Assembly: GCA_013416795.1 (NCBI GenBank)
Contig: RQSC01000005.1
Location: 74,263 to 138,262, forward strand
Length of the DNA: 64,000 nucleotides
From: Prasinococcaceae sp. CCMP 1430
Lineage: Eukaryota; Plantae; Prasinodermophyta
Direction: 5' to 3'
Made by a program: the position numbers and the translations under genes. The notes under the pieces are model-generated. The model had not been told where the DNA came from. It ran no database searches and saw only the letters and a list, made by a program, of their open reading frames with translations. Numbering within the stretch: the first letter of the stretch is position 1; every line of letters begins with the position of its first letter. Positions 47,350 to 58,352 of this stretch are shown one piece after another.

Positions 47350-47901
47350 ATGGGGGGTCCACACACGTACACCCACCGCTCATACGGCGCGCGCGGCCAC
47401 CGCGGCGGCCCCGTCAACGCCGTGCAGAGCGCCTGCGCCGGAGTGGTCATCGGCATCGTCCTCATGCTCGGCTCGGCCGCGATGCTGTGGTGGAACGAGG
47501 GGGCGAGCGTCGAGCGCTACGAGACGCTCGAAATTGCGCGCAAGGAGGTGCTCGAGCTCGAGGAGGGCGCCACGCCGGATCCGGCCAATCGCGGCAGGCT
47601 TGTGCACGTCACTGCCACGGCGCGAGGTGAGATACTGCTGGACGACGCCTTCGGGGTGGCCGTGCCCGCGCTGCGCCTGCGCCGCGACGCGCGCATGATG
47701 CAGTGGGTCGAGCGCAAGTCGCAGAAGCGCAGGAAGACGTCTGGAGGCGGCACCGTTACGGACACGACCTACAGCTACGACAAGAGGTTCGAGGATACGC
47801 TCATCAGGGTGCGTGATCCCGCGCACCCGCGCGAATGCGCATGGTAGCGATTCGGAGGGGCGGGGGGTTGGTGATGGGGGGAGATGCCGGGTGCGCAGGT
47901 C

Positions 47902-47948
<47 letters not shown>

Positions 47949-49267
47949 GCGCGCTCACATCTAGTTGCGGCAACATGTCGATCGCGCATCGCCGCCGCGT
48001 GCGCGCGGCCGCTCTGTATGTGCATGGTGCATCGGGGCGTCGCCTTGCAGCGACTACGCGTAGTCCGCGCAGTGTGGCACGTGAACGCGCCGCGACGCTC
48101 TCGCTAGACCACTGATTGCCCCCGATCTCGGGGCCCCACATCACTGCACCCCAAAAATAGAGCGACCGCTTCGCGCACAGGGGCTACAACAACCCATCGT
48201 CCATGCCCTTCGCCACCAAGCTCTGGGACGCGCGCGTCCACCTGGGAGGAAATGATGACGAGAGCCCCACACAAGACCACTTTGTGCTCTCGCGCAACCT
48301 CGTGGGCGAGCTGAGCGGCTTCGAGCCCATCGCGCTGGACGCTTCGCACGCGACGAGCGACCGTGAGGAGGCGCAGGCTGCCATCGCTGCAGCGCGCGGG
48401 ACGGCCGAGCGCGCAAACGCGGGTGGTTCCGACACGGCGCTCGCCGCCACTCTCGGCAATGAGATGGCGCTCGCGAACTCGCCGGCAGAGCTGGCGTTTG
48501 TGCCGAAGGGATATAGCGTGACCGAGTCTCGCCTGCAGAGCTACCGCGTTGGCAACGCGCCCAAGGTGGGCGACGTTGAGGTGAGCTTCGCAGGAGTGCC
48601 CTCGGGGCAAGTTGTGAGCGTTCTGGCGAAGCAGGACTCGCGCGGCAAGTTGTCATCTTGGCGGCCCTCCGCCTCACAGTCGCGCAACGGCGGCAGCGAA
48701 GTAGCCGTTGTTGCAATCGGAAAGAAGAGCGCTGCCGAGCTCATTGCGGGTGAGGTGGCAGCCAACACGGTCAAGACTTTCGCGCTGCGTGGCGTCGGCG
48801 TCCTACTCATGGTCATCGCGTTCGCGGTGATGACAAGTCCCATCACAGCACTCGTCTCGATCGTCGAGGTCGTGCCGATCCTCGGTCCAATGGTACGCCG
48901 CGCGTCGGCGCCAGCTCACAACGTGGCACGCCTGGCGGCCCGGCTAGGCTTCAACTCGCGCCGCGGCGTGCTGCTGTGTGTGCGAGGGATGCTGCATCCA
49001 GTGCGCTGACCCCCTTGTCGCCCTCTGTGCATGGAACCTGATGCTCTCGCCAACCCACGCGCGCTGCTGCGTCTGGTGCAGGTGAGCGGCATCATTGGCC
49101 TTGGCGTGTGCGTGGCAAGCGTCGTCACGGGCCTCTCCGTGTCGGTGTCTGTGATCGCCGTGGCATGGCTTGCGCACAGGCCCGTGCTCGCCACGCTGGG
49201 GCTCGCAACTGCCGGCGCGCTGCTCTTCTTCGGCGCGCAGAAGGGGCGGGGTAAGCAAAAATTTTGA
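47350..49267 (+). CDS. TMEM43: TMEM43 (LUMA/DUF1625) family membrane protein (exons 47350-47808, 48161-48892, 49082-49267)
   Basis: LWWNEG, N.GRLVHVT, D..FGV, LRR...MQWVE, YSYDK, PKVGDVEVSF, VSVLAKQ and C-terminal TMs with AVAWLAHRP. Confidence 0.9.
47904..47946. repeat. Poly-C tract (43 nt) in TMEM43 intron 1
   Basis: Homopolymer directly visible. Confidence 0.9.
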
Positions 49268-49469
49268 TTTTGATTTTTTGTGAGGCATCTCATCCTCCCT
49301 CGCCGATGAGCTTTCCCCCATGTTGAAATGCTCTCAATCCGCCATTTCGTAGAAAAAACGGGCGGTGCGCGCGGCGCCGCGGGGTGGAGTGCAATTATCT
49401 CCGTGCAGCGCAGGGGGGGGTGTTTGCGTGCGCACACTCACCCGCAGCCCCGCCCCCCTCGCTGCGGCG

Positions 49470-49535
49470 ATGGACGGCGGCGGCGGCGGGCTGCCCGCGC
49501 TCCCGCCGCGCAAGAAAAAGGGGCAGCAGCAGCAG

Positions 49536-49570
<35 letters not shown>

Positions 49571-51533
49571 AGAGGAGGATGAGCAACATCATGCACCGGG
49601 GGGCGAGCTAACACGTCCCAAAGGACCGGGCGCGGGTGTGGGCGATGCGATCACCGACAGTGCGGCATCGGCCGCGGCCGCAGAAGGCGCGCGGCACTCG
49701 GCGCTCGTTAACGCGGCGGGGTATGGTGAGGAGGCGACGCTACGCGACCTGCTGCGCGAGGCGGGTACGCATGAGGCGCAGACGGCACTCGTGCGTCGCG
49801 TCGATGCAGAGGGGCAGACCGCGCTTCACTTCGCTGCAAAGAATGGCCACGTGAGCGTCATTCACGTGCTCATTGATGCGGGCGCGTGCGTCGACGCGGC
49901 GACGTTCCAGCATGGCATGCAGCCCTTGCACTGGGCGTGCTCGTCTGGCAGGGTCGACGCAGCGCACGCACTCCTCGGGTGCGGCGCGAGCGTCAACGCG
50001 CGCGACTCGCGGGCGGCCACGCCGCTCACGATTGCCGCACAGTCAGGCCACGCCGCGTGCGCAGCCTACCTCCTCAAGCACGGGGCCGACCCGGCTGCCA
50101 CCGACTGCGAAAACGACACTGCGCTCAGCTGGACCGCATACAACGGGCTCACTGAGCTGCTTTCGATGCTCGCCGCAGACAAAGCCCGCGTCGACTGCGA
50201 GTGGAAGGACGACTTTGGCATGGTGCGTATGCCGCCGCTGGGCAAAGCGCCGCCACAGCCGCCGCCCCCGTTGTGTGCGGGACCCAGTACTGACGCGCAC
50301 CCCTCCTGATAGGCACCCCTGCACCTCGCCGCCCAACGCGGGCATCGCGAGACAGTGGAGGTGCTCATCGAGGAAGGAGTCGACCCCGCGCCGCTCGACG
50401 GCAAGGGGCGGACACCTGCCGAGCTCGCCGCGGAGAATGGCCACCAAAAAATTGCGGCGTTCCTGCGGCGAGCGGCCAGGGGAGGCTCGGGACAGGGTCC
50501 TTTTCAGAGCGCGCTGGAGTGCCGCTGGGGAGAGGCGTTCGGGGGGAAGGGGCGCTCGGTCGATGAGGGTCGGCGCGCGCTGGGTATCTACGCGGGCAAC
50601 GTTCTCGTCGGCAATGCCTACTGGGCCACGTGCCTGCTTCCACGGACATACGATCTCCTCTCTGTCCACATGGTCATCTTAGCAATCCAAGCGTACATGG
50701 CGCTGTGCTGGTGGAAAACGGCGCATCTCGACCCGGGCAAGCTCGGAGATGGTGGGCCGCGCAGGGAATACGAGCGCGCCATCGAGGAGGTCGCTCGCTC
50801 TGGCACGCTGCCCGCCGCCCTGTGTCACAGCTGCCGCGTGCGCCGCCCACCGCGATCCAAGCACTGCCGCGAGCTCCGATCGTGCGTGCTCCGATTCGAT
50901 CATTACTGCCCCTTCGTTCAGAACGCCGTCGGGCTGAAGAATCAGGTGTGGTTCTTCGGTGTGATCAGCTCCACAGCCACGCTGTGCACGTTCATGTTCG
51001 TGCTAGGGTGCATGTCTATACACAGGAAAGGCGCAACGCTCGCACTCGCGCTCGGCTTGCTTGACTTCGGCCTGTGCGCTTTCGCGCTCAACGGCTTCAC
51101 CGTCTTTCACGCCGTCTTGATCACACGCAACGTGACGACAAACGAATACGTCAACCACCACCGCTTATCCTACATGACCAAAGCCAACGGACGCATGTCG
51201 TCTAAATTTAGCAAGGGCGTGTTCCAGAACTGGCTCACGTGGTTCTCCTGCGAGGATGACTCGGCGTACGAGGGCGCCGTGCCGTCGCACGCCTTGACTA
51301 AGCGAGCGGCTCACCTGCAAGGCAGTGCGGGTGAGCCAGCAGCGAAAGGCGGTGGTGCGCCCACGGTGGTGCCCTTGGCTGGCACGAACTTCGCCAAGAT
51401 GTCCGATCTCAAGTCAGGCTTGCTCGAAAACTTGACGCAAATGGCTGCACAAGCGTCCGCATCGGGCGGCGGGGCGGCTGCCGGCGCAGACGCTGAACAC
51501 ATGCAGGAGCTGCTGAGGTTGGCTACAGAGTAG
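49470..51533 (+). CDS. Ankyrin-repeat DHHC protein S-acyltransferase (TIP1/Akr1/ZDHHC17-like; exons 49470-50222, 50313-51533)
   Basis: Ankyrin repeats (TALHFAA, QPLHWAC, APLHLAA), DPG, CHSCRVRRPPRSKHC..FDHYCPFVQNAVG, NVTTNE. N-terminal polyQ. Confidence 0.93.
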
Positions 51534-51675
51534 TCGTTGTAGTGCAGGGTGAAAGGGTTCACATGCCTTTGATAATGTCAGACCTCTGCGTCCATCGCCG
51601 CACGCACGCTGCTCGCGCCCACAGCGCGGACGCTCGTGTCTGATGCGTCCCCCACAGGGTAGGGCTCGTAAAGGA

Positions 51676-51680
51676 TTACA
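51676..51680 (-). promoter_or_regulatory. Putative TGTAA polyadenylation signal of the GH3 xylosidase gene
   Basis: TGTAA about 37 nt after the stop. Similar placement after three other genes (12516-12520, 39214-39218, 58300-58304). Confidence 0.45.
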
Positions 51681-51716
51681 GAGGCGGTGTGCACGCACTC
51701 GAGCGCATGCCGCACA

Positions 51717-54305
51717 TCACGACGTGGTCGCCTCAACGACGACACGAGCGCTGAGCGCGTCCGCAGCGCCCGCCCCGCTGTCGGTGACCTCGAGGACGAA
51801 CGTGCCGGGGACGCTGGTGCGTGCGCCGGCGTCCGACACCAGGCGGAGGTCCGCCGCGGAGATGGCAAAGCGCACGCTCGTCGCATCGCCAGCGGCGAGC
51901 TCCACGCGTCGGAACGCCAGCAAGCGGCGCTGCAGCGTGGCCGCGGCGGAAAAGCCTGTGGATACCAGCCTCTCTGTCTCGGAGGGGCGGGCGTAGACCT
52001 GCACGACGGTTGCCCCGGTGAGGTTGCCGGTATTTGTCACGTCCACCACCAAGCTCTTGGCTCGCGATGACTCGGACACTCGCGCGGCCTCCGTCAGACC
52101 AGGCCGCAGACGGGATTCCTCAAATTCGCTCCCTCCGCGAAGGAGACCATCGCTCCTGTCGGGCCAATGGGCGCGACTTGGAATACCCCCTGCGTCCACA
52201 TCGGCGCTGTCTTCGAAGCGCGCACTGCTCAACGCGAAGCTGGTGTAAGAGAGGCCGGCGCCGAAAGGCCAGAGCCTCTGATCGCCGCGATAGTACCGAT
52301 ACGTTTTCCCCGGATACGCGGTCATGTCCATGTCGCCGTAGGGTCGCGACTCGTTCACGTATCCCCTCTTGAAAAAGGTGAAGGGCAACTTGCCACCCGG
52401 ATTGGCCTTGCCAAAGAGCGCGTCGGCTATCGCGGCTGCGCCTTGCGCCCCTGGGTAAAAGCCCACAAGCACGCCGGGTACTAAGGACGAGAGCTCCTCG
52501 AGGGCAGGCGGTGCGCCGCACAGCACGACAGCGACGACGGGCTTCGAATCCTCCGCGTCCGCGCCGCCCCGCAGCGCCGCCACCTTCCGCACAAGCTCCA
52601 TCTGCGCGCCCGGGAGCTCGAGCGTGCTGCGATCGTGCGCCTCGCGCTCGACGCTCGTGTCTAGACCCATCGCCAGCACGACGGTGTCCGCGGCGGCGGC
52701 GGCAGCGACAGCCGCTTCGAGCTCGCCTGCCACTGGCGCATCTTGCACGGGAATCGGAGCGATGGTGACGGCGCCTCCGGCATTGCGCGCGGCGATCTCT
52801 TGCCCCACGCCGCGCAGGCACGCGACATCACCGTACCCACCGGGACATTGTTGGCCGAGGTAGTTCCCTAAGAGCGCCCGTGTGGCGTTCGCGTGCGGCC
52901 CGACGATGGCAAGGCTCGTTGCGGCCTTGAGCGGGAGCACGCCACCCTCGTTCTGCACCAGCACCATCGAAGCGGCTGCCGCCTTGGCGCTCAGGGCGAC
53001 GTGCTCGGGTGCGCCGACGGTGCCAGGGGGAACGTGCCAGTACGGCTGATCGGTGATGTCATCGAAGAGGCCCAGCTCGAAGCGCAGCGCGAGCGAGTTC
53101 ACCAAGGCGGCCTTCACATCTCTCATCGGGATGGTGCCGTTGGCCACGCCGGGCGGGATCTCGCGCAGGTAGGGGCTGCTGGTGGAGTGTTGCGTGTTCG
53201 CGTCCGAGTTTATGTCGGTTCCTGCAGCCAGCGCCGCCTTCACCGCGCCTGCCTCGTCCGGAGCGTACGAGTGCCCTCCCTTGCCCCCGAAAGGCCCCGG
53301 GCCGATGCCCGCCACAGCACCCGAATCCGAGGTGACGTAGCCGTCGAAGCCCCAGGCGCCGCGCAGCGTGTCTTCGAGCAGCGCCTTGTTTGCGCACGCG
53401 GGCACGCCGTTGATGGCATTGTAGCTGCACATGACGCTGCGTGCCTTGCCGCCTTTGATGGACGCCTCAAACGCGGGCAAATAGCTGTCCGCGAGATCAA
53501 ACGAAGAGACGCGCGCGTCGAAGTTGAAGCGCGTGATGTTGGTGCCGGGGATGTCATCCAGGTTGTACGCCGCGAAGTGTTTGAGCGTGGCGACGGCGCG
53601 GAGGTAGCGCTCGTCCTCGCCCTCCTGCAGGCCCCGCGAGTAGACGGCGCCGAAGCGGCCGTTGACCAGGGGGTCTTCCGAGGGGACCTCCATCACGCGG
53701 CCCCAGCGCGGGTCGCGTGCGATGTTTATGTTGGGCGACCAGCAGTCCAGCCCGATGGGCGGGAGGCCGCTCGCACGATTCTCGCCGACGCCCTGGCGCC
53801 ACAGCGCGCGCAGCTCCGTGCCAATCACCTCGGCCATCGCAGCCCACAGCCCTTCATCAAAGGACGCACCGAGCGCATTCGGGCTCGGGAAGGACGTCGG
53901 ACAGCGGCCGTCCGGAGCGCAGCGCGACTGCACGCCGTGAATGCAATTGCCGCCGAAGTCGTACTGCGGCACGCCCAGCCGCGGCACGCCGCCCAGCGGC
54001 GAGCGCCGCGCCGTCAGAAGGCCCGCCGCCTCCTCCGGCGTCAGCAGGTCGGCGAGCGCCGCGGCGCGCTCTCGCGCCGTTTTTGAGGCATTGCAGAACG
54101 GTTGGCCCTCGGCCGCGCCACCTGGCGCACACGGCTGCACGGGCAGGACGGGCGCCTGCGGCATGGTCGAGAGCGCCGCGGCTCCGCCGACCACCGCAGG
54201 CACCGCCACTGCCGCCGCCCGCGAGCGCGCATTCACGCACGTGAGCGTGGCTCCGACCGCCACGCCGCAGCGCGCGCGCGCGCTGCCCACGCGCGCGCCG
54301 CGCAT
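51717..54305 (-). CDS. GH3 beta-xylosidase/alpha-arabinosidase-like
   Basis: FCNAS..ERAAAL, TSFP, WSPNINIARDPRWGR..E.PSEDP, KHFAAY, MCSYNAINGVPAC, GYVTSD, YPG..G..AIAD, GKTYRYY, PFGAGLSYT. Confidence 0.93.
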   Translation of the reverse strand: MRGARVGSARARCGVAVGATLTCVNARSRAAAVAVPAVVGGAAALSTMPQAPVLPVQPCAPGGAAEGQPFCNASKTARERAAALADLLTPEEAAGLLTARRSPLGGVPRLGVPQYDFGGNCIHGVQSRCAPDGRCPTSFPSPNALGASFDEGLWAAMAEVIGTELRALWRQGVGENRASGLPPIGLDCWSPNINIARDPRWGRVMEVPSEDPLVNGRFGAVYSRGLQEGEDERYLRAVATLKHFAAYNLDDIPGTNITRFNFDARVSSFDLADSYLPAFEASIKGGKARSVMCSYNAINGVPACANKALLEDTLRGAWGFDGYVTSDSGAVAGIGPGPFGGKGGHSYAPDEAGAVKAALAAGTDINSDANTQHSTSSPYLREIPPGVANGTIPMRDVKAALVNSLALRFELGLFDDITDQPYWHVPPGTVGAPEHVALSAKAAAASMVLVQNEGGVLPLKAATSLAIVGPHANATRALLGNYLGQQCPGGYGDVACLRGVGQEIAARNAGGAVTIAPIPVQDAPVAGELEAAVAAAAAADTVVLAMGLDTSVEREAHDRSTLELPGAQMELVRKVAALRGGADAEDSKPVVAVVLCGAPPALEELSSLVPGVLVGFYPGAQGAAAIADALFGKANPGGKLPFTFFKRGYVNESRPYGDMDMTAYPGKTYRYYRGDQRLWPFGAGLSYTSFALSSARFEDSADVDAGGIPSRAHWPDRSDGLLRGGSEFEESRLRPGLTEAARVSESSRAKSLVVDVTNTGNLTGATVVQVYARPSETERLVSTGFSAAATLQRRLLAFRRVELAAGDATSVRFAISAADLRLVSDAGARTSVPGTFVLEVTDSGAGAADALSARVVVEATTS

Positions 54306-55262
54306 GGCTGTCAGTTGCCCCTCGCCGACTCCGATTCAGGCCCTATCAGACCGACGCGCGGGAAAAGCCAGGCGCCGCGCAGCTGCGCCCCGGAGCGCGC
54401 GCACGAGGCGGGGTCTGCCCCCGCACGCCCGCATCCGCCGGCCGCACGCCCGATCTGACACCCACCACCCACCCTTCCCGAGCCCACGCACCGCCAAGCG
54501 GATGGCCATCCGCCGCCGCATCTCTCTCCCCCCCTCTCTCTTCCCCCCCCCCGGGCGCGTGCGCACCGGCCCGCGCGGCACCGCCTGCCCGGGCTGCCGC
54601 GCTCCGCCCTCCCCTCTCCATTTCCCCCTCGAGCCGCCCTTCATTCGTTTCGAGCTCCGCGAAGTCCCTCCTCGAAATTTCCAGGGCGCCTGCTTCGAAG
54701 GGCGCTCGACGCGGTGCTGCTCGTTCGACCCGACGTCGCTCGCGGCCTGGTCTGCCGACCCTCCTCACCTCCCTCGAGCTAGAGATAGCGTCTGGCGACA
54801 CCCGTGTACCCTGCACTGCATGCACGCATACATGTACAGGACACGCATGCATGCATGCGTGCCGTGCGTTCATGCGCGCGTTCCCCCAGTGCCGGTCGTT
54901 CGCGCGCGTTTCCGTTTCGCCGCGCTCGAGCGGAAAACGGGCGCCGCTTTTGATGGCGAAACGCTTTTCGACGCGGGCACGAAAATGCGGGAGGGGGGAG
55001 GGGGCAGCGGGATGCGTGCGTGGGCGCGGGCGCGGGATGGGGCAGAGGCGCGGGCGGAGGGGGAAGGGGAGGGAGGGGAGGGGGGGAGACGCGCGTGGCG
55101 GACGGGTGGAAATACTCGATCTGGTTGTTGGGCAGATCGAGGTGCTCCAGGCTGGTGTCTCGAACGCACGCCCGGGATCTCTCGGGATGCGCTCGCTCGC
55201 TCTCGCCCGCGCGCGGGCGCGCGCGGGCTTCTCAGCGCGAGAGCGCACGGTGGGGGGCCGCC

Positions 55263-58151
55263 ATGGGTCGCGAGCACCCACCCGTGGATGATGATGGCGG
55301 CGGTGCTGCCGGTGCAGTCGCGGTGCCAGAGGCGGCGGCGCGCGCCTCTCAGAGCAAGCCTCCGAGCGTGCCGCTCATCGAGCGCCCCGCGCGCGCGGTC
55401 GCGGCCGCGCTGGGGGCGTGGGCGGCCGTCGTGGCGCGCCGCCCGTGGCGCGTGATCGTCGCGGCCGTGTGCGCGTCCGTGCTGCTCAGCACGGGCATGC
55501 TCCTCCTCCGCAGCGAGACTAAGTCCGACCGGCTCTGGGTGCCGCAAGGCACGGCCGTCATGCGCAGCTCGCGCCTCGTGCGCGAGAGCGCGGGCACCGA
55601 GCTCAACTTCTGGAGCTGGATTGCGCTCGCGACGACGGAGGCCTCAAGCGACGATCCCGGCGTGCTCACGCCTGCGGCAGTCTCCGAAATGTACGCCTTC
55701 GACGCGGTGGTGACCTCCGTCGACGGCTATGGAGAGCTGTGCGTGCGCAATGCCGAGGGTGGGTGCCTCGCGCCCGGCGTGCTGGAGCTGTGGTGCGGGA
55801 GGGACGCGTTCGAGCGCGAGGTGCTGGACGCCGACGACCCGCAGGAGGCGCTACTGGACAGAATCAACTCAGGGCAGGGCTGCGGCGGCCGAGAGACCTA
55901 CACCGAGCTTCTGTTGGGCGCGAGTGTCATCGATGAGGCCAGCGGGAAGGTGGTGCGCGCGCATGCGACGCGGATGACCTACCTTATGACCACAGACGCG
56001 CTCGGTGAGGCCAGCGAGGCGTTCCGCGTGGCCATGGCAGCGTTTAAGGAGGAGCACGAGGCCGATGGTGCGCACGCCACCGAGCTGCTGTACGAGTACT
56101 TTGAGGCTTACGACCTGGAGGTCTCGCGCTCGTCGTCTCGAGACCTTCCGCTAGTCTCCGTGAGCTTTGTGCTCACGTTCGGTCTCATGGCCGCCGCGCA
56201 CATCGACTGGCCAGCGCGCGCCGCGGGCACGCGCCCGCAGCACCGCGTCGGCGTGACGTCTTGCGCGGTGGTGTCGGTAGCGCTCGCCATTTTTGCGGCC
56301 TATGGTATTACAGGCTTTCTGGGGGTGACGTTCACCTCCCTGTCGCAGGTGGTGGCATTCGTGCTTGTGGGTGTGGGCGTTGACGATTCGGTCGTGCTGT
56401 TGGGCTACATGCGCGCCGCCAACAAGGCACACCCTGGCGCGCCTCTTGAGGTGCGCATGAAGGACGTGATGCAGCACGCGGGTGCCTCCGTCACCGTCAC
56501 GTCCCTGACGAACTTCTTCGCATTCTCGCTGGGTTCTCTGAGCCATATCCCTGCCATCCGCTGGTTCTGCTATTCTGCCTCAGTAGCCATTTTGTGCGAC
56601 TACGTGCTGCAGCTCACATTTTTCGTGGCGTGTACGGCGGTGGCCGAGAGACGCGAGGACGCCCGCGCAGCAAGCCCTGAAACTCCAGGGAGCAGTACCA
56701 TGGTTCAGCCTGAGGGTGACGCGCGTGACGTAGAGGGAGGCGCTCGCGCGAGCGAGGTCGTGGTCGCGAACGGCGGCGGGGACGCCGCTGGACGAGTGGG
56801 CGACAAGGGTGCGCGACCTGGCCTCGGCCGGCGGGCACTGGGTGTCCTTCTAAGCGCGCCTGCTCGGGCGCTCATCGTTGCCGCATTCGCAGCATTCGTG
56901 GCATATTCAGGCGTTGGGATTGGCTCGCTCAAAGAGGGACTGCCGCTGGCTGACCTTGCCGCCGATGGCACATTCTTGCGTGACTTCCTGCTTGCAGAGG
57001 AGGCCCTCTTCAGTGCTGAGAGCGGCGTGTACACGGGGCTGTACTTCTACCGCGTGGACCTATCGCCCCCGCACGCGCAAGCGGCTGCCCTTGCGTCGTG
57101 GAAAGTCGTTTCCGCGGACGAGTATGTGGACGCTGCGAACACGCCCACTTCCAATTGGCTCACAGAGACGCTCCTCGTAGCAGAGGCGACGGGCAACACC
57201 GTGCGCTGTGCCGACGCGCTGGCTGCAATTGATACCTCGGAGGGAGGCGCGTCAGGCGCGGCGCTTTGCGAGGCGGCGGGCGGCGCCGACACACTCCTCG
57301 TGTCTTCGAGCGATGCGTTCTACGCCTCCTTGGAAACCGTGCTAAGGAATGACCCGCGGACGGCCGACCATGTCACTCTAGCCTCGGACGGAACTACCGG
57401 GCTGGTCAAGCTGCCGCTGACATTCGTCACATCAAAGGAGGACGTGCGGCTGAAGATTCTCATCTACCGGCGCATGGACTCTATGCGTCAGCTGCTGCAC
57501 GAGGCCTTCTTTGACCTACCGGGCTTGCGGGTGGACGTCCTCCGAGACGACGTGTTCGCCTACTCGGAGTACATGGTCTTCGCGAGTACTGAGTCGATCT
57601 TGTGGGGGGAACTGACGCGCAACATGCTTTTGGCTGGAGGTGGCGTGGCGGTCGCGTCAATGCTGCTACTGCCCCGCCCCACCGCGGTGCTGCTGGGGGT
57701 AGCCGCGGTGGCGTGTGTGGACATGATGCTCTTCGGCTTGATGGCGCTCGAGGGCGTGCGATTCAATTCAATCAGCGTCGTTAACCTCGTGATGGCCGTG
57801 GGCCTGGCTGTGGACTACAGCATTCACGTGCTGCACGCCTTCGTGCAGACGCCCGGAAACTCGCTCGTGGCGCGTGCAGAGGTGACTCTGCGCACGATCG
57901 GCCCGTCTGTGGCCCTCGGGGGGCTCACTACGTTCGTTGGCATTCTGCCCCTGGCAGGCAGCCGCTCGACCATATTCAGGACGTTCTTCACAATGCTCAG
58001 CGGCACCGTCGGCTTCGGCTTGCTCGTGGCACTCGTGCTGCTGCCTGCGCTGCTGTCAGTGATGGGACCCGCGCACGTGCCGGGCGCCGACCCGCACGCT
58101 GCGCGCGCCGGACGCGTTGGCGGCAGCGCGACCGGCGGTGTAAAGTTGTAG
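55263..58151 (+). CDS. Patched/NPC1-like RND-family protein with sterol-sensing domain
   Basis: TM1 followed by LWVP, SSD with GVGVDD, GASVTVTSLTN..AF, PAIRWFC. Second half NLVMAVGLAVDYSIH, GPSV..GGLTT..G, IFRTFF, LLPALLS. Confidence 0.92.
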   Translation: MGREHPPVDDDGGGAAGAVAVPEAAARASQSKPPSVPLIERPARAVAAALGAWAAVVARRPWRVIVAAVCASVLLSTGMLLLRSETKSDRLWVPQGTAVMRSSRLVRESAGTELNFWSWIALATTEASSDDPGVLTPAAVSEMYAFDAVVTSVDGYGELCVRNAEGGCLAPGVLELWCGRDAFEREVLDADDPQEALLDRINSGQGCGGRETYTELLLGASVIDEASGKVVRAHATRMTYLMTTDALGEASEAFRVAMAAFKEEHEADGAHATELLYEYFEAYDLEVSRSSSRDLPLVSVSFVLTFGLMAAAHIDWPARAAGTRPQHRVGVTSCAVVSVALAIFAAYGITGFLGVTFTSLSQVVAFVLVGVGVDDSVVLLGYMRAANKAHPGAPLEVRMKDVMQHAGASVTVTSLTNFFAFSLGSLSHIPAIRWFCYSASVAILCDYVLQLTFFVACTAVAERREDARAASPETPGSSTMVQPEGDARDVEGGARASEVVVANGGGDAAGRVGDKGARPGLGRRALGVLLSAPARALIVAAFAAFVAYSGVGIGSLKEGLPLADLAADGTFLRDFLLAEEALFSAESGVYTGLYFYRVDLSPPHAQAAALASWKVVSADEYVDAANTPTSNWLTETLLVAEATGNTVRCADALAAIDTSEGGASGAALCEAAGGADTLLVSSSDAFYASLETVLRNDPRTADHVTLASDGTTGLVKLPLTFVTSKEDVRLKILIYRRMDSMRQLLHEAFFDLPGLRVDVLRDDVFAYSEYMVFASTESILWGELTRNMLLAGGGVAVASMLLLPRPTAVLLGVAAVACVDMMLFGLMALEGVRFNSISVVNLVMAVGLAVDYSIHVLHAFVQTPGNSLVARAEVTLRTIGPSVALGGLTTFVGILPLAGSRSTIFRTFFTMLSGTVGFGLLVALVLLPALLSVMGPAHVPGADPHAARAGRVGGSATGGVKL

Positions 58152-58352
58152 ACGACGGGGTCGGCGGATTTGGCGCGGCGCGGCAGCGGGCTGTTAGCGC
58201 GGCGAGCAGTCACGGCGGCCGCCATGCGCGTGCACACGGGGAACGCACGCACTTTGATAGGCATCAAAATCAGAGCGCCAACATGTACAGTACTGTATGT
58301 TACAAAACTTAGCTGAACTTGCGCCCGTCAATGTTCGTGTGCTCTGTCAATC

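Noticed and set aside
50820-50915. DHYC instead of DHHC as a sign of inactivation
   Set aside because: DHYC is a known active variant in Akr1-type ankyrin palmitoyltransferases.
318-54305. Two GH3 genes as a carbohydrate-utilisation cluster
   Set aside because: They are about 49 kb apart, belong to different subfamilies and are separated by unrelated housekeeping genes.
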